From: Thermoplasmata archaeon
Lineage (GTDB): Archaea; Thermoplasmatota; DTKX01; VGTL01
DNA: 64,000 nucleotides
Assembly (NCBI GenBank): GCA_038851035.1
Contig: JAWCLH010000013.1
Span: 10,970-74,969, forward strand
Direction: 5' to 3'
Shown: piece by piece, positions 36,889-47,067 of the stretch
Position numbering within the stretch: position 1 is the stretch's first letter
Layout: the number at the start of each line of letters is the position of its first letter
Made by a program: the position numbers and the translations under genes
The notes under the pieces: model-generated
Databases searched by the model: none
Seen by the model: the letters and a program-made list of their open reading frames with translations, nothing else
Told to the model about the DNA's origin: nothing

Positions 36889-37377
36889 TCAGCCGCTCTC
36901 CCCTCTCCCTTTCTCCCCCCACACGAAGGCCTCGATTTCCGCCACCTCCTTTTTATAGGTCGGGTCCTCAGCCATGAGCTTCTCCATCCAGCTCTCGAAG
37001 AACTGAATCGCCCTCTTCAGCTCGGGCGTGGGGGAGGGCTGGGCCCTCGCCAGCGAGAGCCACAGCCGGGCCAGATGTATCTCCTTCGGGTAGAGCTTGT
37101 AGGTTGTATAGGGGTTCCTCTCAGCGATAACAATGTTCTGCTCCTTCCAGAAGCGCATCTTGTCGAAGGCTATTCCCACGAGCAGAATGACGACCACTAT
37201 CACCAGAAAAAGAAGGAGCATCGGAACGAGCACGTTGGCCGGGTCGATTTTGAATTTGTCCCTGATGTACGGGTAAAAAATGCCCGTCAGCATCAGGCTC
37301 CACATCAGCAAGCCGATGATCGACTGGCTCTGCTGCAGCCTCCACATCAGCTCCATCAACGCTTTTTTCACGGTCAT
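36889..37377 (-). CDS. small membrane protein (2-3 TM helices), function unknown
   Basis: 162-aa ORF with hydrophobic helices (IIGLLMWSLMLTGIFY, LVPMLLLFLVIVVVILLVGIAF) and good coding appearance; no family recognised. Confidence 0.45.
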   Translation of the reverse strand: MTVKKALMELMWRLQQSQSIIGLLMWSLMLTGIFYPYIRDKFKIDPANVLVPMLLLFLVIVVVILLVGIAFDKMRFWKEQNIVIAERNPYTTYKLYPKEIHLARLWLSLARAQPSPTPELKRAIQFFESWMEKLMAEDPTYKKEVAEIEAFVWGEKGRGESG

Positions 37378-37644
37378 GCGCGCTCACCGCTCCGCCTCTG
37401 GAAGGGCATCGGCACTTTAAAGCATTGCCGCCCCCTCCGGAGCGGACTATACCCCGCCCGCCCTCCCGGGCCCTGCGGCGAATGGTCATCTGCCCGGCCT
37501 CTATTCCCCCACCAACTCCGGTCTACCCAATGTCCCCACAGCCCGTGCGCGTTTCCAGCGTGTCCGGGATGTCTTACGCCACCCGCCCCGGAAGCGCGCG
37601 GCCGTCGGGGCGCGCTGGCCACCAGCGAGATTCCGCGAATGCCC

Positions 37645-38640
37645 TCATGAGCCGAGCTCTATTTTTCTCCTCTCCTTCATCGAGGCCAGCGCCGCCCGCG
37701 CCAGCTCCAGCGCCCTCAGGCCGTCCTCGCCAGTGACAAGCGGGGTGCGCCTCCGCGCTATTGCGTCGAGAAAATCGCGCAGCTCGTTCTTCAGCGGCTC
37801 CTGCTTTTTAAGAAAAATGTGCTTGATATCGAACTCCTGTGGAATCTGGAAGAGGTTGGATAGGTCGACCTCGGTGGGGACGGAGGTCGAGAGCTGGACA
37901 GACTGGCCTATATAATCGGCCTCCACGACACCCCCGGAGCAGGTGAGCGAGAGCCTCCTGACCTTCGTGGGCGTGAGCCAGTTCACCTCCACAAAGCCCG
38001 TCACCCCGCTCCTGAAGTAGAGGAGGATGTTCGCGTGGTCCTCGTGTCTCGTCCTGCCCGACCTGCCGCCGAGGGCGTAGACGCTCTCCACCTCGCTCCC
38101 CGAGAGATACCTCATGACGTCGACGTCGTGCGTTGCGAGGTCGAGAACAACGCCCACGTCAGCTATTCTCGGCGCGCTCGGGCTGACTCTCCGCGCCGCC
38201 ATGGATATCACATCGCCAAGCTGCCTCGCTTCCACGGCCCTTTTCAGGAAATCGACCACTGGGTTGTGCCGCTCTATATGTCCGACTGCGAGGGTGAGGC
38301 CGGCTCCCTGAGCCGCGCGGATGACCTCCAGCGCCTCAGCCTCTGTGGCACAGATGGGCTTCTCGATGAGAATGTGTTTCCCAGCCGATATCGCGTCGAG
38401 CGCAAGCGCATGATGGGTGAGAGTGGGCGTCGCAACGACCACTGCATCCAGCCCCTGCCCGAGCAGCTCCGTGTGGTCGGTGAAGGATGGGACCCCGAAC
38501 CGCCTCCCGACGGTCTCGGCCGCCTCTTTGGACACGTCACAGACTCCTCCCAGTGCGCCGAGCTCCGAGAGGACTCGCGCGTGGTTCTGGCCCATCGCGC
38601 CGCAGCCGATGACACCAACCTTAAGCATTTTCTCCGGCAC
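37645..38640 (-). CDS. Gfo/Idh/MocA family NAD-dependent sugar oxidoreductase (WbpB-like)
   Basis: N-terminal MLKVGVIGCGAMGQNHARV Rossmann motif, EKP motif (ILIEKPI), ~330 aa, in a sugar-modification cluster. Confidence 0.8.
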   Translation of the reverse strand: MPEKMLKVGVIGCGAMGQNHARVLSELGALGGVCDVSKEAAETVGRRFGVPSFTDHTELLGQGLDAVVVATPTLTHHALALDAISAGKHILIEKPICATEAEALEVIRAAQGAGLTLAVGHIERHNPVVDFLKRAVEARQLGDVISMAARRVSPSAPRIADVGVVLDLATHDVDVMRYLSGSEVESVYALGGRSGRTRHEDHANILLYFRSGVTGFVEVNWLTPTKVRRLSLTCSGGVVEADYIGQSVQLSTSVPTEVDLSNLFQIPQEFDIKHIFLKKQEPLKNELRDFLDAIARRRTPLVTGEDGLRALELARAALASMKERRKIELGS

Positions 38641-38737
38641 ATAACCGCTGCCCGGCTATTTTAGGCTTCGCTCCTTCCACCCCATTGTCCCTAGAGCCCT
38701 CCGAAACAACCTTTTATCCGCTTGCCGTTGCCGAGGC

Positions 38738-40429
38738 GTGATGGGAGGGTCGCTTGAGGCTGACCGCAGGAGCTATAACGAGCTGAAGGAGCTAGCTCTG
38801 GCCGCGCTGGAGGCGGGCGAGGATGAGCGGTGCCTCGACCTCTGTCGAGCGGCAGCTGCCCTCGCCTCCCGGGTGCACATCGGAATCTGGTACGACACAG
38901 GGCTTGAAGAGATTCTCCGGAGCGTGGGGAGGAGGGTCGCCGGGACCCGCGCCCGGGTAAGCGCCGCCGTTGGGGCGACTGCGGGGTCGCCCCCAGGGGC
39001 CCCGACCGCTGATGGAAGGAAGAGGGTGGCTCACATCACGAGCTTCCTGAGCGACATGGGGGGCCACTCCAGGACCATCCGCCAGATGGTCCTCCTGCTC
39101 GAGGAGCTAGGCGTCAGGCAGACCATATTCGTGACCAATCTATCCAGCGAGCCAGTCCCCCATCCCCACTTCGAGCGAGGCCTCAGCGGCCGCGCGGTCG
39201 ACATCATCGAGCTGCTTCCCGACGAGACCTACTACTCGAGAGTTGGGGCCCTCCAAGAACACATTGAACAAGAGGGCTACGAGCTCGCGATTTTATTCGT
39301 ATCTGGAGATGACGTGATCGCATTTTCCGCTCTCGCGGGTCTGGAAAAGAGGCCCCCCACCCTCTACTTCAACCATAACGACATGGATTTCTGGTTGGGG
39401 AAGATGGTCACGGACCGCCTCATAGACGCGAGGACCGTGGGCGCGAGGTACTCCCGCGTCCACAGGGGAATCGAGAGCTCCTTCATTCTCCCTGTTACCT
39501 CCGACTTCAGAAAGGGGCCCCGGAACAGGGGCGCCATTGGTATCCCGGAGGATGCCACACTATCAGTGAGCCTAGGCAGCTTCTATAAAACAATGGGTGA
39601 CCCGGGGCTCGACTACTTCCGGGCGGTGGGGCGCGTGCTGGAAAGGTTCCCGAACCACTACCACATGTTCCTGACTGGCCCGCCTCCTCCAGACATAGAT
39701 AAGCGCGTCGCCGCCCTCCCTTTCCGGCCCGAAGTCAAGCGGCGCCTGATAGTCTACGGACCCGAGCCCGAGCCCCTAAAGGTCTACAGCTCGGCCGACT
39801 TCCTCATTGAGACATTCCCCTGCGTCGGGGGGATGGTCAGGGTGGAGGCGATGGCCGTCGGCCTCCCAATTCTGGGCTTCAAGAACAAGAGGTTCCCACT
39901 TCTCTCAGAGACTGACAATTTCCCGCCGGACTACCCCCTCATCGCCTCCAGTGGAAGCGAGGTCGAGGAACTCTCGTCAAGGCTCATTCAGGATCCGATG
40001 CTGAGGGAGCGGGTTGGGAGACAGCTTCGCGAGTATTTCGAGAAGAAATTCGCGCCGGAGGTCCTGCTGCCCGGGCTGAGGGCATTTCTGGACGCTCTCC
40101 TCGCCCGGGAAGAGCAGCCAGAATCAGCCGTGTCGAGCCCCAGCGGATCGCCCGACGCCCGTTTGCAAGACGGGAGCGAAGCGGCATATGACGTGGAGTA
40201 TGCCCATGACTGGCGCTACAGGGACCTCTGGCCCTGGAGGTTCCTCCTTCTACAGGCGGTGACGAAGAGGGGAGATTTCTCGCTTCGGGACAGGGCGCGC
40301 TTCTACTCGATGGCTTTGAAAAAAGGAGAATTTGCAGGGGCTCTGGACAGAGCCGCCTATCTCGGGATTGCGCTCGGAGGCAGGCTAGGGTTCCTAGCGC
40401 TCAGCCGATTCAGGAGCGCCCTGACTTAA
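38738..40429 (+). CDS. glycosyltransferase (GT1/GT4-like C-terminal domain) with long N-terminal extension
   Basis: C-terminal ...ETFPCVGGMVRVEAMAVGLPILGF... resembles the GT4 E-x7-E/EAMA signature; the N-terminal 300 aa has no recognised domain. Confidence 0.5.
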   Translation: MMGGSLEADRRSYNELKELALAALEAGEDERCLDLCRAAAALASRVHIGIWYDTGLEEILRSVGRRVAGTRARVSAAVGATAGSPPGAPTADGRKRVAHITSFLSDMGGHSRTIRQMVLLLEELGVRQTIFVTNLSSEPVPHPHFERGLSGRAVDIIELLPDETYYSRVGALQEHIEQEGYELAILFVSGDDVIAFSALAGLEKRPPTLYFNHNDMDFWLGKMVTDRLIDARTVGARYSRVHRGIESSFILPVTSDFRKGPRNRGAIGIPEDATLSVSLGSFYKTMGDPGLDYFRAVGRVLERFPNHYHMFLTGPPPPDIDKRVAALPFRPEVKRRLIVYGPEPEPLKVYSSADFLIETFPCVGGMVRVEAMAVGLPILGFKNKRFPLLSETDNFPPDYPLIASSGSEVEELSSRLIQDPMLRERVGRQLREYFEKKFAPEVLLPGLRAFLDALLAREEQPESAVSSPSGSPDARLQDGSEAAYDVEYAHDWRYRDLWPWRFLLLQAVTKRGDFSLRDRARFYSMALKKGEFAGALDRAAYLGIALGGRLGFLALSRFRSALT

Positions 40430-40720
40430 TCCGGCGCTCGCGCACTCGAAGAAGGTAGTGGCGAGCTCGTCGGTAATGGCCTCCATTATAGCCCATTGCC
40501 GTCTCGCCGGTGCCCCTTAAACCCTAGACAATTAAATTGTAATCACGAATTATTCTGGTAGCGAATCTGGTTCACCGGGTCGAGGCAGTGCCCTTGGCCG
40601 CGGGGATGGAGAGCAGGAGCGGCCCGGCAGCCCAAAATGCAGAGTAAGACCCACGCCCATCGGCATCAAATTGCCATGCCGCGACATTTGCTCACCCTCT
40701 CCACGAATCGATGAGAACCG

Positions 40721-41308
40721 TTATCGAGCCCTGCTCGAGCGCCTCCCCCGGCTGCTCCTCCCCACTTTAAGAACGTTTGAAAAGTCCTTTTTAATTCTTC
40801 TGATTATTCTCACCGGAACCCCCGCCGCAATGGAGTAGGACGGGATGTTCTTGTTCACGACCGAGCCGGCCCCTATCACCACATGGTCGCCTATCGTCAC
40901 GCCCGGCAGAATGACGGAACCGGGGCCGATATGCACATGCTTTCCGATTCTCGTGGGCTTTCTGATGGTCTCGAGCTTTCGAGCGGAAACGCACCGGGCA
41001 TGCGTGCTGTGCGAGTATATCTGGACACCGGCGCTGATGTCGCAGCCGTCGCCTATCTCCAGACCCCCGGTTGCGTCCAGCACCACAAAGAAACCTATCC
41101 AGACCCCGCGTCCTATTTTTGGTTTTCCGTAAATGAACACATGCTCATAGCAGCTTGCCTCTGCTCCAAAACCGAGGCTCTTCGCTTTCTTCCATCTGTC
41201 AAGGAGCATCTCGTCCCAGGGCAGAACCCGGTCCCACTTCCGCCGCATCTCCCTAGATAATCTGCGGCGCAGGCGCTCCATCTCCCTTTTATTCATCCGC
41301 CTCACCAC
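40721..41308 (-). CDS. left-handed beta-helix (hexapeptide-repeat) sugar acetyltransferase (WbpD/WcaF-like)
   Basis: Tandem hexapeptide repeats (IGDGCDISAGVQI, IGKHVHIGPGSVILPGVTIGDHVVIGAGSVV). Confidence 0.75.
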   Translation of the reverse strand: MVRRMNKREMERLRRRLSREMRRKWDRVLPWDEMLLDRWKKAKSLGFGAEASCYEHVFIYGKPKIGRGVWIGFFVVLDATGGLEIGDGCDISAGVQIYSHSTHARCVSARKLETIRKPTRIGKHVHIGPGSVILPGVTIGDHVVIGAGSVVNKNIPSYSIAAGVPVRIIRRIKKDFSNVLKVGRSSRGRRSSRAR

Positions 41309-41533
41309 CCGCCCCCGGGTTTTGCCCCCCGGGACAACTGCAAGTCCAGCTCTCCTAGACCGATTTCCGGAGCGCGGATGGTCAGCGATGAAAGCACAGA
41401 CCCGTGCCCCGACAATCGGGAATTCTTCATAGATAACTCGATAACGATGTATAATGAATTATTAAAACCTTTTGAATCGGCACGACACACCTGCTTGCCC
41501 TAATGGTAATCGGATATCTACCCTGCCGGCGAT

Positions 41534-42589
41534 GTGCCAGTCACAAGTCTTATAACAGCATATCAGTATTTTCGTCTCATGGCCCCGGGCGACCTGAGCC
41601 TGCGGGGGAAATCCGTTCTCGTGACCGGCGGAGCGGGATTCATCGGCAGCCATCTAGTGGACGCACTGGTCGCGGAGGGCGTCGGACGCCTTGTCGTTGT
41701 GGACAATCTATTCTTGGGGAAGGAGAGCAACCTGAGCGAGGCGCGCGCGGCGTTCCCAGACCTCAAATTCTACAGAGAGGACGCCGGCGATCTCCAGCGC
41801 ATGAGAGAGATAATGGCCTATGAAAAGGTCGAGGTGGTCTTTAATCTGGCCATCGTCCCCCTCCCAGCCTCGCTCGAGAAACCCCTCTGGACATGGCGTG
41901 AGAATGTGAGGATAACAGAGGCGATGTGCGAGCTCGCGCGCCTTGGGCTCTATAAAACCCTGATTCACTGCTCCTCTTCCGAGGTCTACGGCAGCGCAGT
42001 TGACACCCCGATGACCGAAACACACCCCCTCCTCCCCAGGACGCCCTACGCGGCGAGCAAGGCCGCCTGCGACCACCTCGTGCTCTCCTACGTCTCCACC
42101 TTCAAAATTGACGCTGCCATCATCAGGCCGTTTAACAACTACGGCCCCCGGCAGAACGAGGGAACCTACGCGGGCGTGATACCTGTGGTGATAAAGAGCA
42201 TGCTCTCAGGAGGCCCGGTGACGATATTCGGCGATGGCGAGCAGACGCGCGATTATATCTACGTCACTGATGCCGCCGCTGCCGCCGTAGATATATACAA
42301 GTGCGCGCGGACGCGGGGCAGGGTCTTGAACATCGCAAGCGGTGTCGAGGTCTCGATAAACCGTCTTGTGGACACGATTGCGAGAATTCTGAAGTACGAC
42401 GGGGAAATCGTCCATACCTCGCCGAGGCCGGGCGACGTCCGGCAGCACTGGGCCGATATCAGCATGGCCCGGAACCTCATCGGCTTCAGCCCCCGTGTGG
42501 GGCTCAGGGAAGGCCTCGAAAAGACGGTTGAGTGGTACATCAAGAACTACGCGGCATGGGGCGCGGACCGGAAGAAGGGGGGCGGCTGA
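41534..42589 (+). CDS. NAD-dependent nucleotide-sugar epimerase/dehydratase (extended SDR)
   Basis: VLVTGGAGFIGSHLV Rossmann motif and YAASKAACD (YxxxK) catalytic motif. The true start is possibly a few codons downstream of 41534. Confidence 0.8.
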   Translation: MPVTSLITAYQYFRLMAPGDLSLRGKSVLVTGGAGFIGSHLVDALVAEGVGRLVVVDNLFLGKESNLSEARAAFPDLKFYREDAGDLQRMREIMAYEKVEVVFNLAIVPLPASLEKPLWTWRENVRITEAMCELARLGLYKTLIHCSSSEVYGSAVDTPMTETHPLLPRTPYAASKAACDHLVLSYVSTFKIDAAIIRPFNNYGPRQNEGTYAGVIPVVIKSMLSGGPVTIFGDGEQTRDYIYVTDAAAAAVDIYKCARTRGRVLNIASGVEVSINRLVDTIARILKYDGEIVHTSPRPGDVRQHWADISMARNLIGFSPRVGLREGLEKTVEWYIKNYAAWGADRKKGGG

Positions 42590-42592
42590 GTA

Positions 42593-43710
42593 TGCCAGGC
42601 AAGCTACCGCTCGCCCGTCCTTTTTATGACCGCCTGGACATAGAGGCCGTCCGCAGGGTCCTCGACTCGCGCTGGGTGGCGCAGGGCCCGGTTGTGGAGG
42701 AGTTCGAGAGGAGATTCGCGGCCTACTGCGGGACTAAATATGGCGTGGCGGTCAACTCCGCAACCTCCGCCCTCTATCTCGCCCTGATCGCACTCGGTAT
42801 TAAAAGGGGCGACGAGGTCATCGTGCCCGACTTCACATTCCCAGCGACGGGGAACGTCGTGCTCGCACTGGGAGCGAGGGCGGTCCTAGCCGACATCGAC
42901 CCGACGACCTACTGCATCGATGTGAGCGATGCCGCCAAGAAGGTCACGGAGAGGACTAGGGCCATAATCCCGGTCCACATATTCGGCCATCCCGCCGATA
43001 TGGACGCGGTCTCCTCCCTCGCGGAGGCGAAGGGGCTCGCGGTACTAGAGGACGCTGCCTGCGCCCATGGAACCATGTACAAGGGGAGGATGGCGGGCTC
43101 GCTGGGAGACCTGGCAGCATTCTCGTTCCACGCGCGCAAGGTTATCTCCACAGGCGAGGGGGGGATGGTTCTCACAGATAGAAAAAAAGTGGCAGAGCAT
43201 ATCGGTGCCCTCCGGTCCCACGGAATGTTCCAGAGCGCCTGGAGGCGGGAGCAGCGCTTTTCTCTGCCTTCATTCAAAATTCTCGGCTATAACATGAGGA
43301 TGAGCGACGTGACCGCAGCCCTCGGCCTCTCGCAGCTGGCGAGAGTAGAGGACTTCATAAATAAACGGAGGGCGCTAGCTGCAGTCTATAACGAGCTCAT
43401 TAGAGACTCGGGCCTTCCCGTCGCCACGCCCTCCGAGGCCGAGGGCTGCAAGCACAACTACCAGACCTACTGCGTGCGCCTGCTGAAGGGCAAGAGGGAC
43501 CGGGTGCTCCGAAGGCTGCTCGCCGCAGGAATCGGCTGCACAATCGGAACCTACTCGCTCGGGCTCCTGCCGCTCTTCAAGGGCAGGTGCCCTGAGGGCC
43601 GCAGGGCTTTCAGGACAACCCTCGCTCTTCCGATGTTCCACGAGCTGACTGATGACGGGGTTGTGCGGGTTGTCGGCGAGCTGAAGAAGGCGCTCCGGGC
43701 GGAGAGCTAG
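42593..43710 (+). CDS. DegT/DnrJ/EryC1/StrS family PLP-dependent sugar aminotransferase (WbpE-like)
   Basis: N-terminal LARPFYD..EAVRRVLDSRWVAQGPVVEEFERRFAAYCGTKYGVAVNSATSAL and conserved lysine region FSFHARKVIS. The ORF track starts at 42532, but the ATG at 42593 just after the epimerase stop is the likely start. Confidence 0.8.
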
Positions 43711-43760
43711 GGAGCTGCTCTCCCGGCCCCCGGGCCGGCTTTCCGAGGGCCGCGCTCCCG

Positions 43761-44906
43761 ATGGAACAATTTATAGAGCCGGTCCACGATTTGCATTGGA
43801 CGGGAATGAGGGTCGCTTTCCTCTACGATGGCCCCCACCCCATGCACCTCGCGTGGGCGCAGAGCGTGGGAGCCCTACCAGTGGCCAACAGGTTCAATAC
43901 CCGCACGGACGCCGCGGCGCTGGAGCTCTCGGAAGCAGGGCGGGGGAGGGCGAGGGGGCTGGAGCTCCTGAAGGGAATCTCCCTCCGAACCCTCGGGCTC
44001 CCGGCCTCCTCCCTGTTTCAGGGACTTGTCCAGGCCGTCGCGGACATGAGCGAGCTCGAGGCCGATGCCCTCATCGTCGAGGGCAGGATGGGCGTTGTTC
44101 CGGGCCATGTCTTCAAGAAGCTCAGGGGGGGAAGGACGCTGCTGATATGCGCGGACCCATTCGTCTGGGAGGTCCGGGGGTTCCCGCCGCGCTGGAGGAG
44201 GACCTTCGAGAGAATTCTGGAGGGCTACGATGGCATTGTCGCGGTCTCAAGGATGATGCTTGAGCTCCTGCCCCCAGGGGCCCGTGAGAAGGCCCGGGTG
44301 GTCCATCCCTCCTTCGAGAGCAGGTACTCCGGCCCGACCCCCGACCCGGCCTCCAAGAAGATAGCATACCTAGGAGCGATGGACGAGAGGAAGGGCGTCG
44401 ACCTTTCGGTCCGCGCCTTTAGGGAGGTCAGGGCGAGGGTCCCTGAGGCCCAGCTTGTCCTCATCGGGAAAGGGCCGCTCGCGGAGGTGTTCAGGGACGA
44501 GCCCGGCGTCGAGCTCGCGGGCTTCGTTGAGGAGCCGGTGGAGCACCTCAGGAAGTGCTCTCTCTATATTCATCTCGCGCGCTTCGACCCCTACCCCGTC
44601 TCCGTTCTCGAGGCGATGGCCGTGGGTCTGGTGCCGGTGGTCTCGGAGATGACTGGGACGAAAGAGCTGCTCGAGTCCATCGACCGGCACCTCGTCGCCC
44701 CCGACCCGGCCGCGGCCGCCCGGGTAATTGTGGCCCTGATGGAGAATTCCAAGCGTATCCGGGAGCTGTCGTTGATGTGCCGCGAGGCCGCGAGTTGCTG
44801 GAGTAGGGAGAGGAGCATCGGGGAGTTCAGGGAGGCATTCAGGGAGCTGATCGGCGAGCCCGGCTCTGGGGAGGGGCAAGTGACAAAGGGGGGAGGGGGG
44901 CGGTGA
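43761..44906 (+). CDS. glycosyltransferase family 4 (GT1 superfamily)
   Basis: C-terminal FDPYPVSVLEAMAVGLVPVVSEMTGTKELL GT4 signature; ~380 aa. Confidence 0.7.
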   Translation: MEQFIEPVHDLHWTGMRVAFLYDGPHPMHLAWAQSVGALPVANRFNTRTDAAALELSEAGRGRARGLELLKGISLRTLGLPASSLFQGLVQAVADMSELEADALIVEGRMGVVPGHVFKKLRGGRTLLICADPFVWEVRGFPPRWRRTFERILEGYDGIVAVSRMMLELLPPGAREKARVVHPSFESRYSGPTPDPASKKIAYLGAMDERKGVDLSVRAFREVRARVPEAQLVLIGKGPLAEVFRDEPGVELAGFVEEPVEHLRKCSLYIHLARFDPYPVSVLEAMAVGLVPVVSEMTGTKELLESIDRHLVAPDPAAAARVIVALMENSKRIRELSLMCREAASCWSRERSIGEFREAFRELIGEPGSGEGQVTKGGGGR

Positions 44907-45084
44907 GCGATATTGCGGTTCCAGCGCCGCGATGCGGTCGACTGCCAGGCATCGAGGAGATGGGTTGTCCCGCCCGGTCCAAGGGCGAGCGCGGATATAG
45001 CGGGCCTGCGGCACGCACCACCCGCAACCCCCTCCAGCGCCTCCCGGAGGGCACGGGCGGACGCGGAGCCCGCGGGGAGGTTGG

Positions 45085-46029
45085 GTGGGGCCGATGAGCG
45101 GTCCGGCGGCGGCCCCGGTGGGGGGCGTGGTCCAGCAGAGAAAAAGGGAAGACTGCGCCGTGCTCGTGCTGAACCACAACGGAGAGGAGTTCCTGAGGCC
45201 CTGTCTTGAGTCGCTCTTGCGCCAGACCGTCGTCCCGCGCGTCGTTGTTATTGACAACGCCAGCACCGACGGCTCTAGGGAGCTCGTGAGGAGAGAGTTC
45301 CCGGCGGTGGAGCTGCTCGAGAACGAGAAGAACCTGGACTTCGGGACCGCCTACAACAGGGCGATTCTGCCCCGCGGGGAGAGGTACATCGGCATCCTAA
45401 ACAACGACATAGTGCTCGAGCCCGACTGCATCGAGAACGCACTGGCGTTCCTCGACGCAACCCCCACCGCGGGGGCGGCCGTTTTCATCGTCTTTGAAAT
45501 TGGCGAGGAGATCAAGTTCCCCTACGAAAGGGACTACATAGTCAAGCCCCGCTTCGGTCTGGACCTTGGGACGCGGGTCAGGTTCGGGTCGAAGAACTCG
45601 CCACCCCAATACATGAGGTACATCTGGGGGGGCGGGAGCATCGTGCGCAGGGAGGTCTTCAACCTAATAAAATTCGACGAGGACTTCGGATGGTACTGGG
45701 AGGACGCAGACCTTGGCTGGATGATGGTCAACGCCACGGGTCTCCGGCCCGCGGCAGTTCCGGGCGCCATCGTCCGCCACATCGGCGGGGCGACCGTGAG
45801 GAAGCGTTTCGACCCTCGCGAGATAAACCTCCTGGACCACAGGAACTCGCTACTCTCATTCGCAAAAAACGCCACCCGCACCGAGCTCCTCAGGAGCTTG
45901 CCCCAGAGGCTCTACTTCTTCATGAAGCAGCCCCGGAAGCTCGAGCTCCTGCGCGAAATGAGGAGGAAGAGGCACGAGGGCGAGGCCCTGCGCAGGGGCC
46001 TCATGCCCCGCGGCTCCTCCTTTTGCTGA
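45085..46029 (+). CDS. glycosyltransferase family 2
   Basis: N-terminal CAVLVLNHNGEEFLRPCLESL...VVVIDNASTDGS (GT2 motifs around DxD) and NNDIVLEP. Confidence 0.7.
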   Translation: MGPMSGPAAAPVGGVVQQRKREDCAVLVLNHNGEEFLRPCLESLLRQTVVPRVVVIDNASTDGSRELVRREFPAVELLENEKNLDFGTAYNRAILPRGERYIGILNNDIVLEPDCIENALAFLDATPTAGAAVFIVFEIGEEIKFPYERDYIVKPRFGLDLGTRVRFGSKNSPPQYMRYIWGGGSIVRREVFNLIKFDEDFGWYWEDADLGWMMVNATGLRPAAVPGAIVRHIGGATVRKRFDPREINLLDHRNSLLSFAKNATRTELLRSLPQRLYFFMKQPRKLELLREMRRKRHEGEALRRGLMPRGSSFC

Positions 46030-46468
46030 AGTAAAAAATGTCCCTGTGGAGCTCGTAGCCCATCGCCCTAAAGGCCTTCAGGGAGACCCTGTTCCAGTCC
46101 TCCACTAGAGCGCAAAAGACTCCTATCCCCATTCTCCTGAAGCGCCTCTCGAGCTCCCGCACAAGCGCCCGCGCCACGCCGCGCCTCCGGTACTCAGGCA
46201 GGACCGCAAGCCTGTTAACCCAGCCCTTGCGGCCGTCGTGGGTGCCCAGAACCACGCCCGCGATGACCTCCCTTTTCCCAACCCCCCGCCCCACCACCGC
46301 CTTTAGATAGACGCTCGTCGGCAGGGAGAGCTGGCGCAGGATCTCTCTCCTGCTGTCCCTGCCCCGCGGCCTGAAAGGAAGGCCCGCTCTTCTCCAGAGC
46401 GCCACGAGCTCCTCGTAGTCCCCCGGCTCTAGCTCCCTTATCCTCAACCCCCTGACCCTGAGCACCAT
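46001..46468 (-). CDS. GNAT family N-acetyltransferase
   Basis: Acetyl-CoA binding motif LAVLPEYRRRGVARALVRELERRFRRMG. Confidence 0.75.
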   Translation of the reverse strand: MVLRVRGLRIRELEPGDYEELVALWRRAGLPFRPRGRDSRREILRQLSLPTSVYLKAVVGRGVGKREVIAGVVLGTHDGRKGWVNRLAVLPEYRRRGVARALVRELERRFRRMGIGVFCALVEDWNRVSLKAFRAMGYELHRDIFYFSKRRSRGA

Positions 46469-46560
46469 TGGGACCGCATCTGTGGACCTGGATATGATAT
46501 ATATCTGTCTTCCCGATTTAATTTAAATAATATTGCCTCGCTCCAGCGCTGGGGATAGCC

Positions 46561-47067
46561 ATGACCGCACAAGATAAAGCCAAGGGGTTTGTGAAGGAAT
46601 TCAAGGAGTTCATAGCGAAGGGGAACGTGCTCGGAATGGCCGTGGGCATCATAATCGGCATCGCTTTCGGCGCCGTCGTGAATTCGTTGGTTAACGACGT
46701 GCTGATGCCGCCCATAGGCCTCGCGCTGGGCGGGGTTGATTTCTCCGAGAATTACATAGTTCTCAAGGGGGCCGAGGTCAACGGGACGACAGTGACATCT
46801 TTCCCCAGCCTGCAGGCCGCGAAAGAGGCGGGCGCGGTAACGCTCAGGTGGGGCATCTTCGTGAACACGATAATCAACTTCCTGATAATCTCCTTCGTGA
46901 TATTCCTCATCGTGAAGGCCGTGGGCTGGGCGACGAGGAAGGAGGAGGAGAAAAAGGCGGAGACGGAGAAGCCCTGCCCCTTCTGCGACACCAAGATACC
47001 CATCAAGGCCGTTCGCTGCCCCAACTGCACCTCGAAGCTCGACGAGGCCGCGGGCGCAAAAGCCTGA
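46561..47067 (+). CDS. mscL: large-conductance mechanosensitive channel MscL with C-terminal zinc-ribbon extension
   Basis: FKEFIAKGNVLGMAVGIIIGIAFGAVVNSLVNDVLMPPIG is the MscL TM1/loop signature. A second TM (IINFLIISFVIFLIV) follows. An extra C-terminal CPFCD...RCPNC motif is present. Confidence 0.8.
   Translation: MTAQDKAKGFVKEFKEFIAKGNVLGMAVGIIIGIAFGAVVNSLVNDVLMPPIGLALGGVDFSENYIVLKGAEVNGTTVTSFPSLQAAKEAGAVTLRWGIFVNTIINFLIISFVIFLIVKAVGWATRKEEEKKAETEKPCPFCDTKIPIKAVRCPNCTSKLDEAAGAKA

Noticed and set aside
44370-45266. 298-aa minus-strand ORF
   Set aside because: Antisense across the GT4/GT2 junction; Pro/Arg-rich, no motifs.
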